64,000 nt of DNA from Candidatus Eiseniibacteriota bacterium (GCA_963762255.1 CAVXKA010000002.1:32001-96000); one strand, 5' to 3'; counted from the stretch's first letter, positions 37,591-46,724 are shown. Notes: generated by a model not told the origin, from the letters alone. Program-made: numbers and translations.

Positions 37591-39771
37591 ATGAGTCTCA
37601 GGGAGACCGCGCTGCTCGCCGGCATGGCGAGCATGCTTCTCCCCGTGCTTGCGGCCTACCTGCGGCACCGATCGGGGCCGGCGTGGTGGATGACCGTGCT
37701 CGCCGCCGCGTCGATGTGCGCTTTCCTTGCCGTCGTGTGGAGACTGGTGGCCCTGGGGCCGAGCGCGGACGTGAGGCCCTGGGTGTACCTGCTGACCGCT
37801 CTGGGGATCCCGGTGCTGTTGTCCGGCTATCTGCTCACTCTGGTGCTCGGGCGGGGAAGCCCCGTGGACGCACTCAAGAACTCGAGCGTGACTCTCGGCG
37901 GGCTCCTCGCGGTGGGTATCCTCTCCCTGGTCTTCCTGCGCCACGACACGTTCCTTCTCGGCTATGAATGGAAGGCGGGAAGCGGTTCGCTGCTGTTGGG
38001 CCCCCTCGGGAAGGGATACCTGAGCTTTCTGCTCGTCGGCGCAGTGTTCGTGGGATACAACCTGGAAAGCACCTACCGACTGGCGGGCGGAACCGAGCGG
38101 GAGCGACTGCGCCCGGTGACGTTGGGGCTCTTCGGCATGCTCGGGTTCCTCACCTACGTGCTTACCACCGGACTCCTGTACTCCGCGGTGGAGCTGGACA
38201 ACCTGGTGGCGCTGGTGGTGCCGTTGGTGGTCGCGAGCCTTCTCACCGGGTACGGTTTCCTGAGGGGCACGCTGGTGGACACCGCGGTGCCGGTGTCGCG
38301 AAGCGTCGTCTACTCCTCGTTCACCGCGTTCGCCGCCGCCCTCTACGTCCTTGCGATGGGACTCGCGGCTCAGCTCGCCACGCTGACCCGCTGGTCCCCG
38401 GGGCAGGTCGTCACGATCTCCTTCGTCTTTCTCGTCGTGGTCACCGCGGTCGTGTTCCTCTTCTCCAATCAATTTCAGCGCCGGGCACGACGATTCATCG
38501 ACCGCAATTTCTACGTCAATCGGTACGATTTCCGCGCGCAGTGGTACCGAGTGACCCGGACCCTCGAGCCCTCGCAGCAGGCAGAGGGGGTGCTCGAGGC
38601 GGCTCACCGGATGCTGCGCGAGGTGTTCCTCGCCGACGGGGTGACGATCTCGCTGCGCGAGCGGGGAAGCCGGTCGTGCCGCCCGTCGGTGGGCAAGGGC
38701 GTGGACGATCCCGCCGCGGTGCTCGCCGAGCACTCTCCTCTCTGCCAGAAGCTCTCCGGTGGCCGGCGCGCGCTGCTGCTGGATCGCCAGACGGATGACC
38801 TCGAGTACATTCCCATCTACGTCGAGAACCTGGAGTGGCTGGAGCACACCGCGAGTCAGGTCGTAGCGCCGCTCCTGGTCGGACAGGACTTGATCGGGGT
38901 GCTGGGGCTGGAGCGCAAGCATCCCGACGACCGCTTCAGCTACGAAGACCTCGACCTCCTCGACTGCATGGCGGCGCAAGTGGCGGCGGTGCTTCGCTCG
39001 GTGGAGCTGGCGCGGGACCTCGCCGAGGCGCGCGAGATCGAACTCCTGTCGCAGTGGAGCAACATGATCCTCCACGACCTCAAGAATTACCTCTCTCCGC
39101 TGCGGCTCATCGTGCAGAACATGCGCATGCACATGGGCAACGTCGAGTTCCAGAAGGAGGCGCTGGAGGATCTCTCCGCCGTCGCCGAGCGGATGGAGCA
39201 CATGGTGCGGCGCCTCTCCGAGCTGCGTGAGGGGCCGCGCCTCGTCGAGGGCGTGGTCGATGTGAACGGAGTGGTGAACGACACCCTGAACCAGTTGAAG
39301 CTCGCGCGACGGACCTCGCTCACCGTTGAGACGGATCTCCGAGCGGTGGGAGGGGTGCGCGGGGACGAGGCCATGTTGCGGCGGGTCGTCGAGAACCTCA
39401 TCACGAACGCGGTGGACGCCATGGACGGCAAGGGGGCGCTCATCATTCGCACGCGATCGGACAAGGCGGGAGGGAACGGAAGCCCCGCCCTGGTGCTCAC
39501 CGTCACCGACACCGGACCCGGAATGGAAGAGGCCTTCGTTCGGGAGAAGCTGTTCCGGCCTTTCGCCTCGACCAAGAAGCGCGGGCTGGGTCTGGGCCTC
39601 TATCAATGCCGGAGCATCGTCGACGCGCACGGCGGCGAAATTCAGGCGGAGAGCCGGCCCGGTCGCGGCACGACGTTTCGGGTGGTGCTCCAGGGTGTGC
39701 CCCCCGCGCCGGTGCGTTCGTTCGGATCGCCCTCGGGATCGGTTCCCCTCACGCACGGGCGTCCGTCATGA
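37591..39771 (+). CDS. prsK: PEP-CTERM system sensor histidine kinase PrsK
   Basis: about 8 N-terminal TM helices, FIDRNFY.NRYDFR..W, GAF domain, MILHDLKN H-box, NLITNAVDA, DTGPGM, LFRPFASTK..GLGLGLYQC. Confidence 0.9.
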   Translation: MSLRETALLAGMASMLLPVLAAYLRHRSGPAWWMTVLAAASMCAFLAVVWRLVALGPSADVRPWVYLLTALGIPVLLSGYLLTLVLGRGSPVDALKNSSVTLGGLLAVGILSLVFLRHDTFLLGYEWKAGSGSLLLGPLGKGYLSFLLVGAVFVGYNLESTYRLAGGTERERLRPVTLGLFGMLGFLTYVLTTGLLYSAVELDNLVALVVPLVVASLLTGYGFLRGTLVDTAVPVSRSVVYSSFTAFAAALYVLAMGLAAQLATLTRWSPGQVVTISFVFLVVVTAVVFLFSNQFQRRARRFIDRNFYVNRYDFRAQWYRVTRTLEPSQQAEGVLEAAHRMLREVFLADGVTISLRERGSRSCRPSVGKGVDDPAAVLAEHSPLCQKLSGGRRALLLDRQTDDLEYIPIYVENLEWLEHTASQVVAPLLVGQDLIGVLGLERKHPDDRFSYEDLDLLDCMAAQVAAVLRSVELARDLAEAREIELLSQWSNMILHDLKNYLSPLRLIVQNMRMHMGNVEFQKEALEDLSAVAERMEHMVRRLSELREGPRLVEGVVDVNGVVNDTLNQLKLARRTSLTVETDLRAVGGVRGDEAMLRRVVENLITNAVDAMDGKGALIIRTRSDKAGGNGSPALVLTVTDTGPGMEEAFVREKLFRPFASTKKRGLGLGLYQCRSIVDAHGGEIQAESRPGRGTTFRVVLQGVPPAPVRSFGSPSGSVPLTHGRPS

Positions 39772-41189
39772 ACAGGCAACCATCTCCCACCGAGTCGAAG
39801 CCGGCGAAGGTTCTGGTCGTGGATGACGAGCCTTCCATACTCCGCCAGCTCAAGTGGGGACTGGCCGGGGAGTATGAGGTGTTCACCTCCGAGTCCTCGG
39901 AGGGGGCCTGGGATGTGCTCCAGGCGGAGCGCCCCGATGTGGTCACCCTCGATCTGGCGCTGGAGGGAAACGACCCGGAGAGCGGGTTCGAGCTTCTGGA
40001 TCGCATGATGGCGTTCGATCCAGGTCTCAAGGTCATCATGGTGACCGGCAACGACACGCGCGAGAACGCGCTTCGGGCCGTGGACCGGGGAGCGTGCGAC
40101 TTCTTCACGAAGCCGATCGCGCTGGAGGAGCTGCGCGTGCTCTTGCGGCGCACGGTGGCCATGCGCCGGCTGGAGACCGAGAACCTCGCCCTGCGCGAGC
40201 GGCTGCGGCGTGAGGGGGGCATGGGCCGGCTCCTCGGCCAGAGCGTGGAGATCCAACGCATCTTCCGTTTGATCCGCAAGGTGGCCCCCGCCGAAGTGAC
40301 CGTGCTCATCAGCGGGGAGAGCGGCACCGGCAAGGAACTGGTTGCCCGCGAGATCCACCGGATGTCGCCGCGCGGCGAGCGCCCCTTCGTGAGCATCAGT
40401 TGCGGCGCGATCCCGGAGAACCTCCTCGAGAGCGAGCTCTTCGGGCACGAGAAGGGGTCGTTCACCGACGCGTACACGTCGCGGGAGGGGAAGCTCGAGA
40501 CCGCCAACGGGGGCACGGTTTTCCTGGACGAAATCGGCGAGATGCCGATTCCCCTCCAGGTCAAGATCCTGCGCTTCCTCCAGGAGCGGGAGATCGAACG
40601 GGTCGGGGGGCGCAAGGTGATTTCCCTCGACGTGCGGGTCGTAGCGGCCACCCACCGCAATCTCAAGGATGATGTGGCCGCGGGGCGTTTCCGGGAGGAT
40701 CTCTACTTCCGCCTTTCGGTCGTGAACATCGACCTTCCCCCGCTTCGGGAGCGCAAGGCGGACGTGGCCTATCTTGCCCAGTGCTTTCTGGATCGCTATG
40801 CTGCGGAATTCGGCCGCAGCAAACTCACCTTCAGCCGCGAGGCACTGCGTGCGCTCCAGCGGTACCCCTGGCCGGGCAATGTCCGGGAGCTGGAGCATCG
40901 CGTCCAGCGGGGAATCGTCCTGTCCAAGGGGCGCGTGATCCGGTCCGACGATCTGGAACTGGACGGGGAAGAGGATACCGAGGTGTCGAGCCTGCGCACC
41001 GCGCGCGAGGACGCGGAGCGGCGGGTGGTGAGCGAGGCGCTGCGTCGCAGTTGCGGCAACATCGCCCGCGCCGCGCGCGAACTCGAGATCTCCCGTCCGA
41101 CGCTGCATGATCTGCTGCACAAGCTGGACCTGAACGCCACGAAGTTCAAGAATGGAATCGGGTCCGATGAGCGGAAGGAGGGCGCCTAG
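39768..41189 (+). CDS. prsR: sigma-54-dependent response regulator PrsR (NtrC family)
   Basis: receiver (VDDE, VTLDLAL), GESGTGKE, ESELFGHEKGSFTDA, FLDEIG, FREDLYFRL, WPGNVREL, Fis-type HTH ISRPTL. Confidence 0.9.
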   Translation: MNRQPSPTESKPAKVLVVDDEPSILRQLKWGLAGEYEVFTSESSEGAWDVLQAERPDVVTLDLALEGNDPESGFELLDRMMAFDPGLKVIMVTGNDTRENALRAVDRGACDFFTKPIALEELRVLLRRTVAMRRLETENLALRERLRREGGMGRLLGQSVEIQRIFRLIRKVAPAEVTVLISGESGTGKELVAREIHRMSPRGERPFVSISCGAIPENLLESELFGHEKGSFTDAYTSREGKLETANGGTVFLDEIGEMPIPLQVKILRFLQEREIERVGGRKVISLDVRVVAATHRNLKDDVAAGRFREDLYFRLSVVNIDLPPLRERKADVAYLAQCFLDRYAAEFGRSKLTFSREALRALQRYPWPGNVRELEHRVQRGIVLSKGRVIRSDDLELDGEEDTEVSSLRTAREDAERRVVSEALRRSCGNIARAARELEISRPTLHDLLHKLDLNATKFKNGIGSDERKEGA

Positions 41190-42287
41190 GTGGGGGGATC
41201 TCGCATCGTTCGCGGCATGGTGTGGGCGGCGGCGCTCTGCACCCTGACCCCGGTTTCCGGTAGAGCCGCCGGGCCTTCCCTGGATTCAGATCCACCGGCG
41301 GCCCGGTTGCATCTCGTGGGACCGGTCACGTTGGGGGGGACGGCGCCGCTCCCTCTCGATGGACTTCCTCCGGGCCGCTATCGGTTGGAGGTAGGCGGCC
41401 TCGGTCTCGCCGAGGCGCGCGGGCGGCTGGTTCTGGATGCCGCCGGAGCGGCTGAGGTTCATGCGGCGGTGGGTCCGATCGCGTTGTTGCTGCCGCCCGG
41501 GCTCGTGCATCTGGGGCAGGGCGAGGGGGCGCGAGGATGGCTCTTCGTGGTCGGAGCCGTCGGCGGCGCGACTGGAGCGGCGCTCAAGGCCCTGGATCTC
41601 GGCGATGCCAACGACGACGCGGACCGCGCGCGCGCGGATTACGAGGATGCCGTGTCCGGCAAGGAGTTCGAGACCGCCCGCCTGACGCTGCTCGCGCTCA
41701 ACGACCGACGGGCCGACGAGACCGATATGCGCAATACGTGGCTGGGCTACGTCGGTGCCATCTGGGCGGGGGCCGCCGTAGAGTCATGGCTTCTCACGCC
41801 GCGCCCCTCGTTGCGCCGCGGCGAGAGCGGCGACTACGTGGTGGAAGCCCCCGACGCAGGTTCCGTCGCCGCCGCGCTGCGAAGCGTGCTGGTGCCGGGA
41901 GCGGGGCAGCGGTACCTCGGTGCGCCGGCGCGAGGAAATCGTTTCACCGGAGCCATCCTGGCGTTGGGAGCGGGGTCGATCCTGGCGCAGCAATCCTTCC
42001 TGTCTGCGCGCCGCGATCAGAACGACGCCCAGCGGCGGTACGAGTCAGCAGCGACCGAGACCGAGACCAAGCACTGGAAGCGCGAACTCACGCTGGCAGC
42101 CGACCGCACGCAGAGCCGCGGTCGCCTTCGGTGGGGCATGGTGGGGGCGACCCTCGGTGTGTACATCTGGAACGTGATCGACGCCGCTGTCGCCGGCCCC
42201 GGCGATGGGGCGGCCTCAGGCTTGAGCCTCAACTTGACACCCGGTGACGGCGGGCTGCGTGCCGGCCTGACCTGGAGGAACTTCTGA
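41190..42287 (+). CDS. hypothetical envelope protein with duplicated DUF5683-like (PG.GQ.Y.G) module
   Basis: signal peptide, PEGA-like 'LPPGRYRLEV', two repeated modules, C-terminal LRAGLTWRNF; start 41190 or 41217. Confidence 0.65.
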   Translation: MGGSRIVRGMVWAAALCTLTPVSGRAAGPSLDSDPPAARLHLVGPVTLGGTAPLPLDGLPPGRYRLEVGGLGLAEARGRLVLDAAGAAEVHAAVGPIALLLPPGLVHLGQGEGARGWLFVVGAVGGATGAALKALDLGDANDDADRARADYEDAVSGKEFETARLTLLALNDRRADETDMRNTWLGYVGAIWAGAAVESWLLTPRPSLRRGESGDYVVEAPDAGSVAAALRSVLVPGAGQRYLGAPARGNRFTGAILALGAGSILAQQSFLSARRDQNDAQRRYESAATETETKHWKRELTLAADRTQSRGRLRWGMVGATLGVYIWNVIDAAVAGPGDGAASGLSLNLTPGDGGLRAGLTWRNF

Positions 42288-44161
42288 TGCGCGCCTGGCC
42301 GATTCTCGCCGTCGCATTGTCGGCGGCACTCCTTGCGAGTTGCTCGACCGAGACCACGGACCCTGTGTTCGACAACCCGCTCGACCCCGGCAGCTCCCTC
42401 GATATTCCCGCGCCGGAAGCGGTGTCGGTGATCGTGGGAAACAACGAGGTGCGCCTGAGCTGGGAAGCGCCGGAGGGAGAGACTCCCGACCGGTATCTCG
42501 TGATGCGCCGGCGCCTCGACGTGGCCGTACCCGAGGAAATGAAGGAAGTGGCGCGGGTGATCGAGCCGAGCTACGTCGATCATCAGGTGCGCAACAACCG
42601 TTACTACGCCTATGAGATCGCCGCCGGACGGGGCACCCGTTTCGGGAAGCGGAGCGAGGAGATTCAGGCCACCCCGGGGCTCTTCTCGATCGCGCTGGCC
42701 AACGACGCGCCGCGCACGAATCAGCGCAGCGTTCAGGCGGGCTTGAGCGCGCCGGACATCGTCGAGGCGGTCCAACTCGCCGAGGACGCCGCATTCACCG
42801 GCGCGGCGTGGCGCCCCTATTCACCGACCTTGACCTGGAGCCTGAGCCTGGGAGACGGCGAGAAAACGGTGTACGCGCGCTACCGCCAGAGCGACGGCAC
42901 GGAATCCGTGACCTGCTTCGATGCCATCGTACTGGACACGCACGCTCTCATCAGCGTCGTCTCGTTCGACGGCTCCAACATCCGCGCTCCCGGTGAGGTG
43001 GTGCATTTCCTCGTCGACACCGGGGAATCGGGAGGCGAGGCCACCATCGAGGTGCCCGGCTTCTTCACCGCGACCCCGCTCTTCGACGACGGCACCAACG
43101 GCGACGCGGTGGCGGGGGACGGCGCCTACGAGCGCGACGTTACCCTCCCCGGCGGCACGGTGACGATGGGGGCGCTCGTGCGCGGACGATTCACCGACGC
43201 CGCCGGAAACGTTGCGACGGCGCTGGAGGCGACGCGCACCCTCACCGTGCGCAAGCCTCCGACGGCGATCGTCCTCACCGAGGCCACCGCCTCGGTTCCG
43301 CCCGACCCGGCGCGCGTCACGGTGCGCTGGGAGCAGAGCCTCGACAACGATTTTGCATCCTATCGCGTCTATCGCTCCGACGACGCGGTGGTGGACGGAT
43401 CGGACCTTCTAGTGGCCACGACGTCGACCCGCGGCAGCACCGAGAGCGCCGACTCGGACGTGGCCGAGGGGAAGAGCTACTTCTATCGCGTCTTTGTGCG
43501 GGGGAGCAGCGGCCTGGAGACCGGCTCCAACACGCTTGAGGTCACCGTGCCCAACGTTCGCCCCCCGACGGCGGTGACGCTCAAGACCCCGGACGGGGTC
43601 GGGGTCACCCGCATGGCGCTCGCCTGGTCGCGCAACGAGGATCTCGACTTTGCCTCCTATGCGGTCTACCGGGGCGAAGAGGGGGGCGTGGACGACTCGG
43701 CGGAGCTGGTCGCGACGATTACGGATCAGGATCGCACCTTCGTGGACGACAGCGGGCTTGTCGAGAACACGGAGTATCACTACCGCGTCTACGTTCTCGA
43801 CACCGCCGGCCTCGGAGCACGAAGCAACGAGGTGGCGGAGCGTACGGTGAACGAAGATCCCCCCGGGGTGGTCCTCTCGCCGGCGACCTCGATCACATCG
43901 ACCGCGGCGACGCTGGCGTGGACCGCGAGCGACGCGCACGATTTCAAGGCCTACCGGCTCTACCGGGCGGACAACGCCGCGGTGAGCACGGGCTCCACCC
44001 TGGTGGGAGAGATCCTGGAGCGGCAGGGCACGTCGTTCCGGGACGTCGTGCTCGATCCGGCGACCCGGTATTACTACCGGGTCTTCGTGGTGGATGAAGG
44101 TCCCGACTCCAAATCGACGGGGAGCAACGTGGTCACGCTGCAGACGGCGGCCGCGAACTAG
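42287..44161 (+). CDS. lipoprotein with fibronectin type III repeats and a choice-of-anchor-X-like motif
   Basis: lipobox LASC, FDNPLDP, FN3 repeats 'W....D.DF.SY.VYR...D......YYYRVFV...SN', motif LFDDGTNGDAVAGDGAY. Confidence 0.8.
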   Translation: MRAWPILAVALSAALLASCSTETTDPVFDNPLDPGSSLDIPAPEAVSVIVGNNEVRLSWEAPEGETPDRYLVMRRRLDVAVPEEMKEVARVIEPSYVDHQVRNNRYYAYEIAAGRGTRFGKRSEEIQATPGLFSIALANDAPRTNQRSVQAGLSAPDIVEAVQLAEDAAFTGAAWRPYSPTLTWSLSLGDGEKTVYARYRQSDGTESVTCFDAIVLDTHALISVVSFDGSNIRAPGEVVHFLVDTGESGGEATIEVPGFFTATPLFDDGTNGDAVAGDGAYERDVTLPGGTVTMGALVRGRFTDAAGNVATALEATRTLTVRKPPTAIVLTEATASVPPDPARVTVRWEQSLDNDFASYRVYRSDDAVVDGSDLLVATTSTRGSTESADSDVAEGKSYFYRVFVRGSSGLETGSNTLEVTVPNVRPPTAVTLKTPDGVGVTRMALAWSRNEDLDFASYAVYRGEEGGVDDSAELVATITDQDRTFVDDSGLVENTEYHYRVYVLDTAGLGARSNEVAERTVNEDPPGVVLSPATSITSTAATLAWTASDAHDFKAYRLYRADNAAVSTGSTLVGEILERQGTSFRDVVLDPATRYYYRVFVVDEGPDSKSTGSNVVTLQTAAAN

Positions 44162-44174
44162 GACGAGGCGCTGC

Positions 44175-44858
44175 ATGAGGTCGGAGCAGATCGGCGATCC
44201 GTGGTGGCGGCTGGCGCTCGACGGCGCGCTGGCGACGATCATGTTTCTGTTGCTTCTGCCGCTTCTGATCGTCGTCGCGCTCGCGATCAAGATCGAGTCG
44301 CCGCGAGGCTCGGTGTTCTACCAGCAGGAACGCGTGGGGCTCAACCGTCGCGGAGGCCGCGCGACGGAGCGAGCGATCACGGTGGGCCCCGCCGAGGACC
44401 GCAGGCAGCGTCCGGCCGAGGGGAAGCCCTTTCGAATCTGGAAATTCCGCACGATGGTCCCCGATGCCGAGGCTCGCACCGGTCCCGTGTGGGCAGCCAG
44501 CGACGATCCCCGGGTCACCCGCGTGGGACGAATCCTGCGGCGGGCACGCCTGGACGAACTGCCCCAGCTCGTGAACGTGATCCGCGGCGAGATGCGGCTC
44601 GTGGGGCCGCGGCCGGAACGACCGTACTTCGTGGAGAAGCTGGCCACCGGGGTGCCCGAGTATCGCCGACGCCTCACCGTTCCTCCTGGCATCACCGGTC
44701 TGGCGCAGGTCGAGCGCGCTTACGATGAGGATCTCGACGACGTGCGCACCAAGTTGCGCTACGACCTTTTCTACATCGAGAACCGCCGCGCGCTCCTGGA
44801 CATGAAGATCCTCATGAAGACGCTGTCGGTGGTGCTGGGGCGGCGCGGCGCCCGCTGA
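44175..44858 (+). CDS. priming sugar transferase (polyprenyl-phosphate glycosyl-1-phosphate transferase, Bac_transf)
   Basis: AIKIES..G.VFY.QERVG, KFRTM, DPRVTRVG.ILRR.RLDELPQL.NV.RGEM.LVGPRPE, PGITGLAQV, YDLFYI. Confidence 0.93.
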   Translation: MRSEQIGDPWWRLALDGALATIMFLLLLPLLIVVALAIKIESPRGSVFYQQERVGLNRRGGRATERAITVGPAEDRRQRPAEGKPFRIWKFRTMVPDAEARTGPVWAASDDPRVTRVGRILRRARLDELPQLVNVIRGEMRLVGPRPERPYFVEKLATGVPEYRRRLTVPPGITGLAQVERAYDEDLDDVRTKLRYDLFYIENRRALLDMKILMKTLSVVLGRRGAR

Positions 44859-44888
44859 TCGCTCCCCGGGCGCCGCATCTCCGGACTC

Positions 44889-44907
44889 GGGGCCCGAGGC
44901 GGGCCCC
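44889..44907. terminator. GC-rich hairpin between convergent genes (possible terminator)
   Basis: GGGGCCCG-agg-CGGGCCCC perfect 8-bp stem; weak U-tract. Confidence 0.35.
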
Positions 44908-44928
44908 CGCTTCGTTCCGGGCCTCGTC

Positions 44929-45663
44929 CTAGCGACGACCCAGGCCGGCAAAGACCGACTGCAGGGTCACCATGATCACGCTCCACACGAGCCACAGTAC
45001 GACCATGGCGACGGTCGCCTTGCGGGTGGGGATGCGGGCGACGATGGCGACGGCGAGGATGTTGAGTCCGAGCATCCAGAGGGAGAACAGGTCGAACTGG
45101 CTCAGCACGCGGTAGAGGACCGTCTCCTCCGCGTCGGAGGGGAGCAGCGCCGCGAGGCTGGTTTGCACCTTGTTGGTTCCCTTGGCGATGCTGAGCGGGA
45201 CCTTCACCAGGGAGGCGGGGATACCCACCATGCTCGTGTGGGCAATCGCCGCGACCATCGTCTTGTACTTGACGCTGCCGCCCAGGACGAAGTTGGCCAG
45301 GAGCATCAGCACCGCTGCGACGATGAAGAGCGTGACGAACACGTACGCGACGGCACCGGGCGGCACCGCGAACGGCATGATCGACTCGGTGCGGCTCTGG
45401 GTCTGTTCCAACTGCTCGGCGGTCATGTTGGCGCCCTGCTTCGCGATCTGGTCCATCTGGTCGTTGATGCTGGGCCGGGTCAGCAGGATCCCCACGACAA
45501 GATAGAGGACCGCAAGCACGATGAGCACGCCCAGAAGGCGCGGTCTCTCGCGGATCGACTCGAGAACGGCCCGAGGCGAGACGAGAATGCCCCAGATCCG
45601 TTGGAGTAGACTCATGTCCTGGGTGGTGGGGGAGGTCGAGGGAGGCGCGGTTTGGAATCCCAT
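44929..45663 (-). CDS. Yip1 family membrane protein
   Basis: RIWGILVSPRAVLESIRERP N-terminal motif, about 5 TM helices, FDLFSLW. Confidence 0.85.
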   Translation of the reverse strand: MGFQTAPPSTSPTTQDMSLLQRIWGILVSPRAVLESIRERPRLLGVLIVLAVLYLVVGILLTRPSINDQMDQIAKQGANMTAEQLEQTQSRTESIMPFAVPPGAVAYVFVTLFIVAAVLMLLANFVLGGSVKYKTMVAAIAHTSMVGIPASLVKVPLSIAKGTNKVQTSLAALLPSDAEETVLYRVLSQFDLFSLWMLGLNILAVAIVARIPTRKATVAMVVLWLVWSVIMVTLQSVFAGLGRR

Positions 45664-45732
45664 GGGTTCTCCTTGGCGAGGGTTTGGGCACGATAGGAAC
45701 CCCGGGGAGTCCCTGTCAAGGTCGGAGGTGCG

Positions 45733-46518
45733 GTGAGAGTTTCTGGTCTGCTGCTCGCGGTGGCGGCGCTATTCGCGGCCGGTGCTTGGCTCGAGCGCAT
45801 CCCTTCGCCGGGTTCCCAGCCCGAGGGCATCGCATCCGATGGAACCCACATCTACGTGGCAGATTTCAACGACGCCACGATTTCCCGTGTCGATCCTGCC
45901 GCGCCGGCAACCGCGGTGGACTTCCCGTCTCCGGGCCCCCATCCCGAAGGTCTGGCCTGGGACGGGAGTCACCTCTGGTCTGCGGACTGGGAGACAGGCC
46001 GCATCTACCGGCATCAGGTCTCGGACACCGCGCTGACCGTGGACTTCTTCTTCAACGCCCCGGGCGCCGAAACGGGAACCCATCCGGTGGGCCTCACCTG
46101 GGACGGTGCGTCGCTCTGGTTGACCACATGGAGTCCCTTCATGCTGTATCGCCTGGACCCCGCCACCGGCGCCGTACTCGGGTCGCGGCCGGTGGAGGAT
46201 CTCTACCCGCGCGACCCGGCACCGATCTCCTTCTCCTACGCCCCGGAGGATCTCGCGTGGGACGGCACCCATCTCTGGATCACGGACTGGCACACCCCAA
46301 AGCTCTTCCGAATCGACCCGACCACGTTCGAGGTGGTGAGCACGCTGCCGGCGCCAGCGCGTGGCAGCGTCGGCCTCACGTTCCATCGGGGCTATCTCTG
46401 GAACGGCAGCACCGTGGAACGCGCGCTGTACCGACTCGAGGTCACGGACGGGACCCCGACCCGGTCGATCACCTGGGGGCAGCTCAAGCGGCGCGCCATC
46501 CCCGGCGGCGCTCCATAA
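45733..46518 (+). CDS. secreted beta-propeller protein (glutaminyl-cyclase/NHL-like repeats) with C-terminal TWGxLK motif
   Basis: signal peptide; five repeats P.GLAWDG..LW.TDW....IYR.DP; tail TPTRSITWGQLKRR. Confidence 0.78.
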   Translation: MRVSGLLLAVAALFAAGAWLERIPSPGSQPEGIASDGTHIYVADFNDATISRVDPAAPATAVDFPSPGPHPEGLAWDGSHLWSADWETGRIYRHQVSDTALTVDFFFNAPGAETGTHPVGLTWDGASLWLTTWSPFMLYRLDPATGAVLGSRPVEDLYPRDPAPISFSYAPEDLAWDGTHLWITDWHTPKLFRIDPTTFEVVSTLPAPARGSVGLTFHRGYLWNGSTVERALYRLEVTDGTPTRSITWGQLKRRAIPGGAP

Positions 46519-46724
46519 CGCCAAGCGGGAGCGTGCGTTGACAGCCGCGGCGGGGCATGGTGTATACTCCGCCGCGCTTGTTCGGGCGGATGGCTGCCGG
46601 ATGCGCCGGTCGCCTTTTTTCCCGCGGTTCGCCCGCGTGCTCACAGGGCCCCCTCGGGTTGCTCCAAACCCTCTTCCCTGCGATCGCCCGCGGCCGCTCA
46701 TCGGTCCTCGAAGGAGCTAGGTGG

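Noticed and set aside
46538-46568. TTGACA...TATACT sigma-70-like promoter upstream of the OM barrel gene
   Set aside because: Both boxes are near consensus but the spacer is 19 nt, so it was not listed as a feature.
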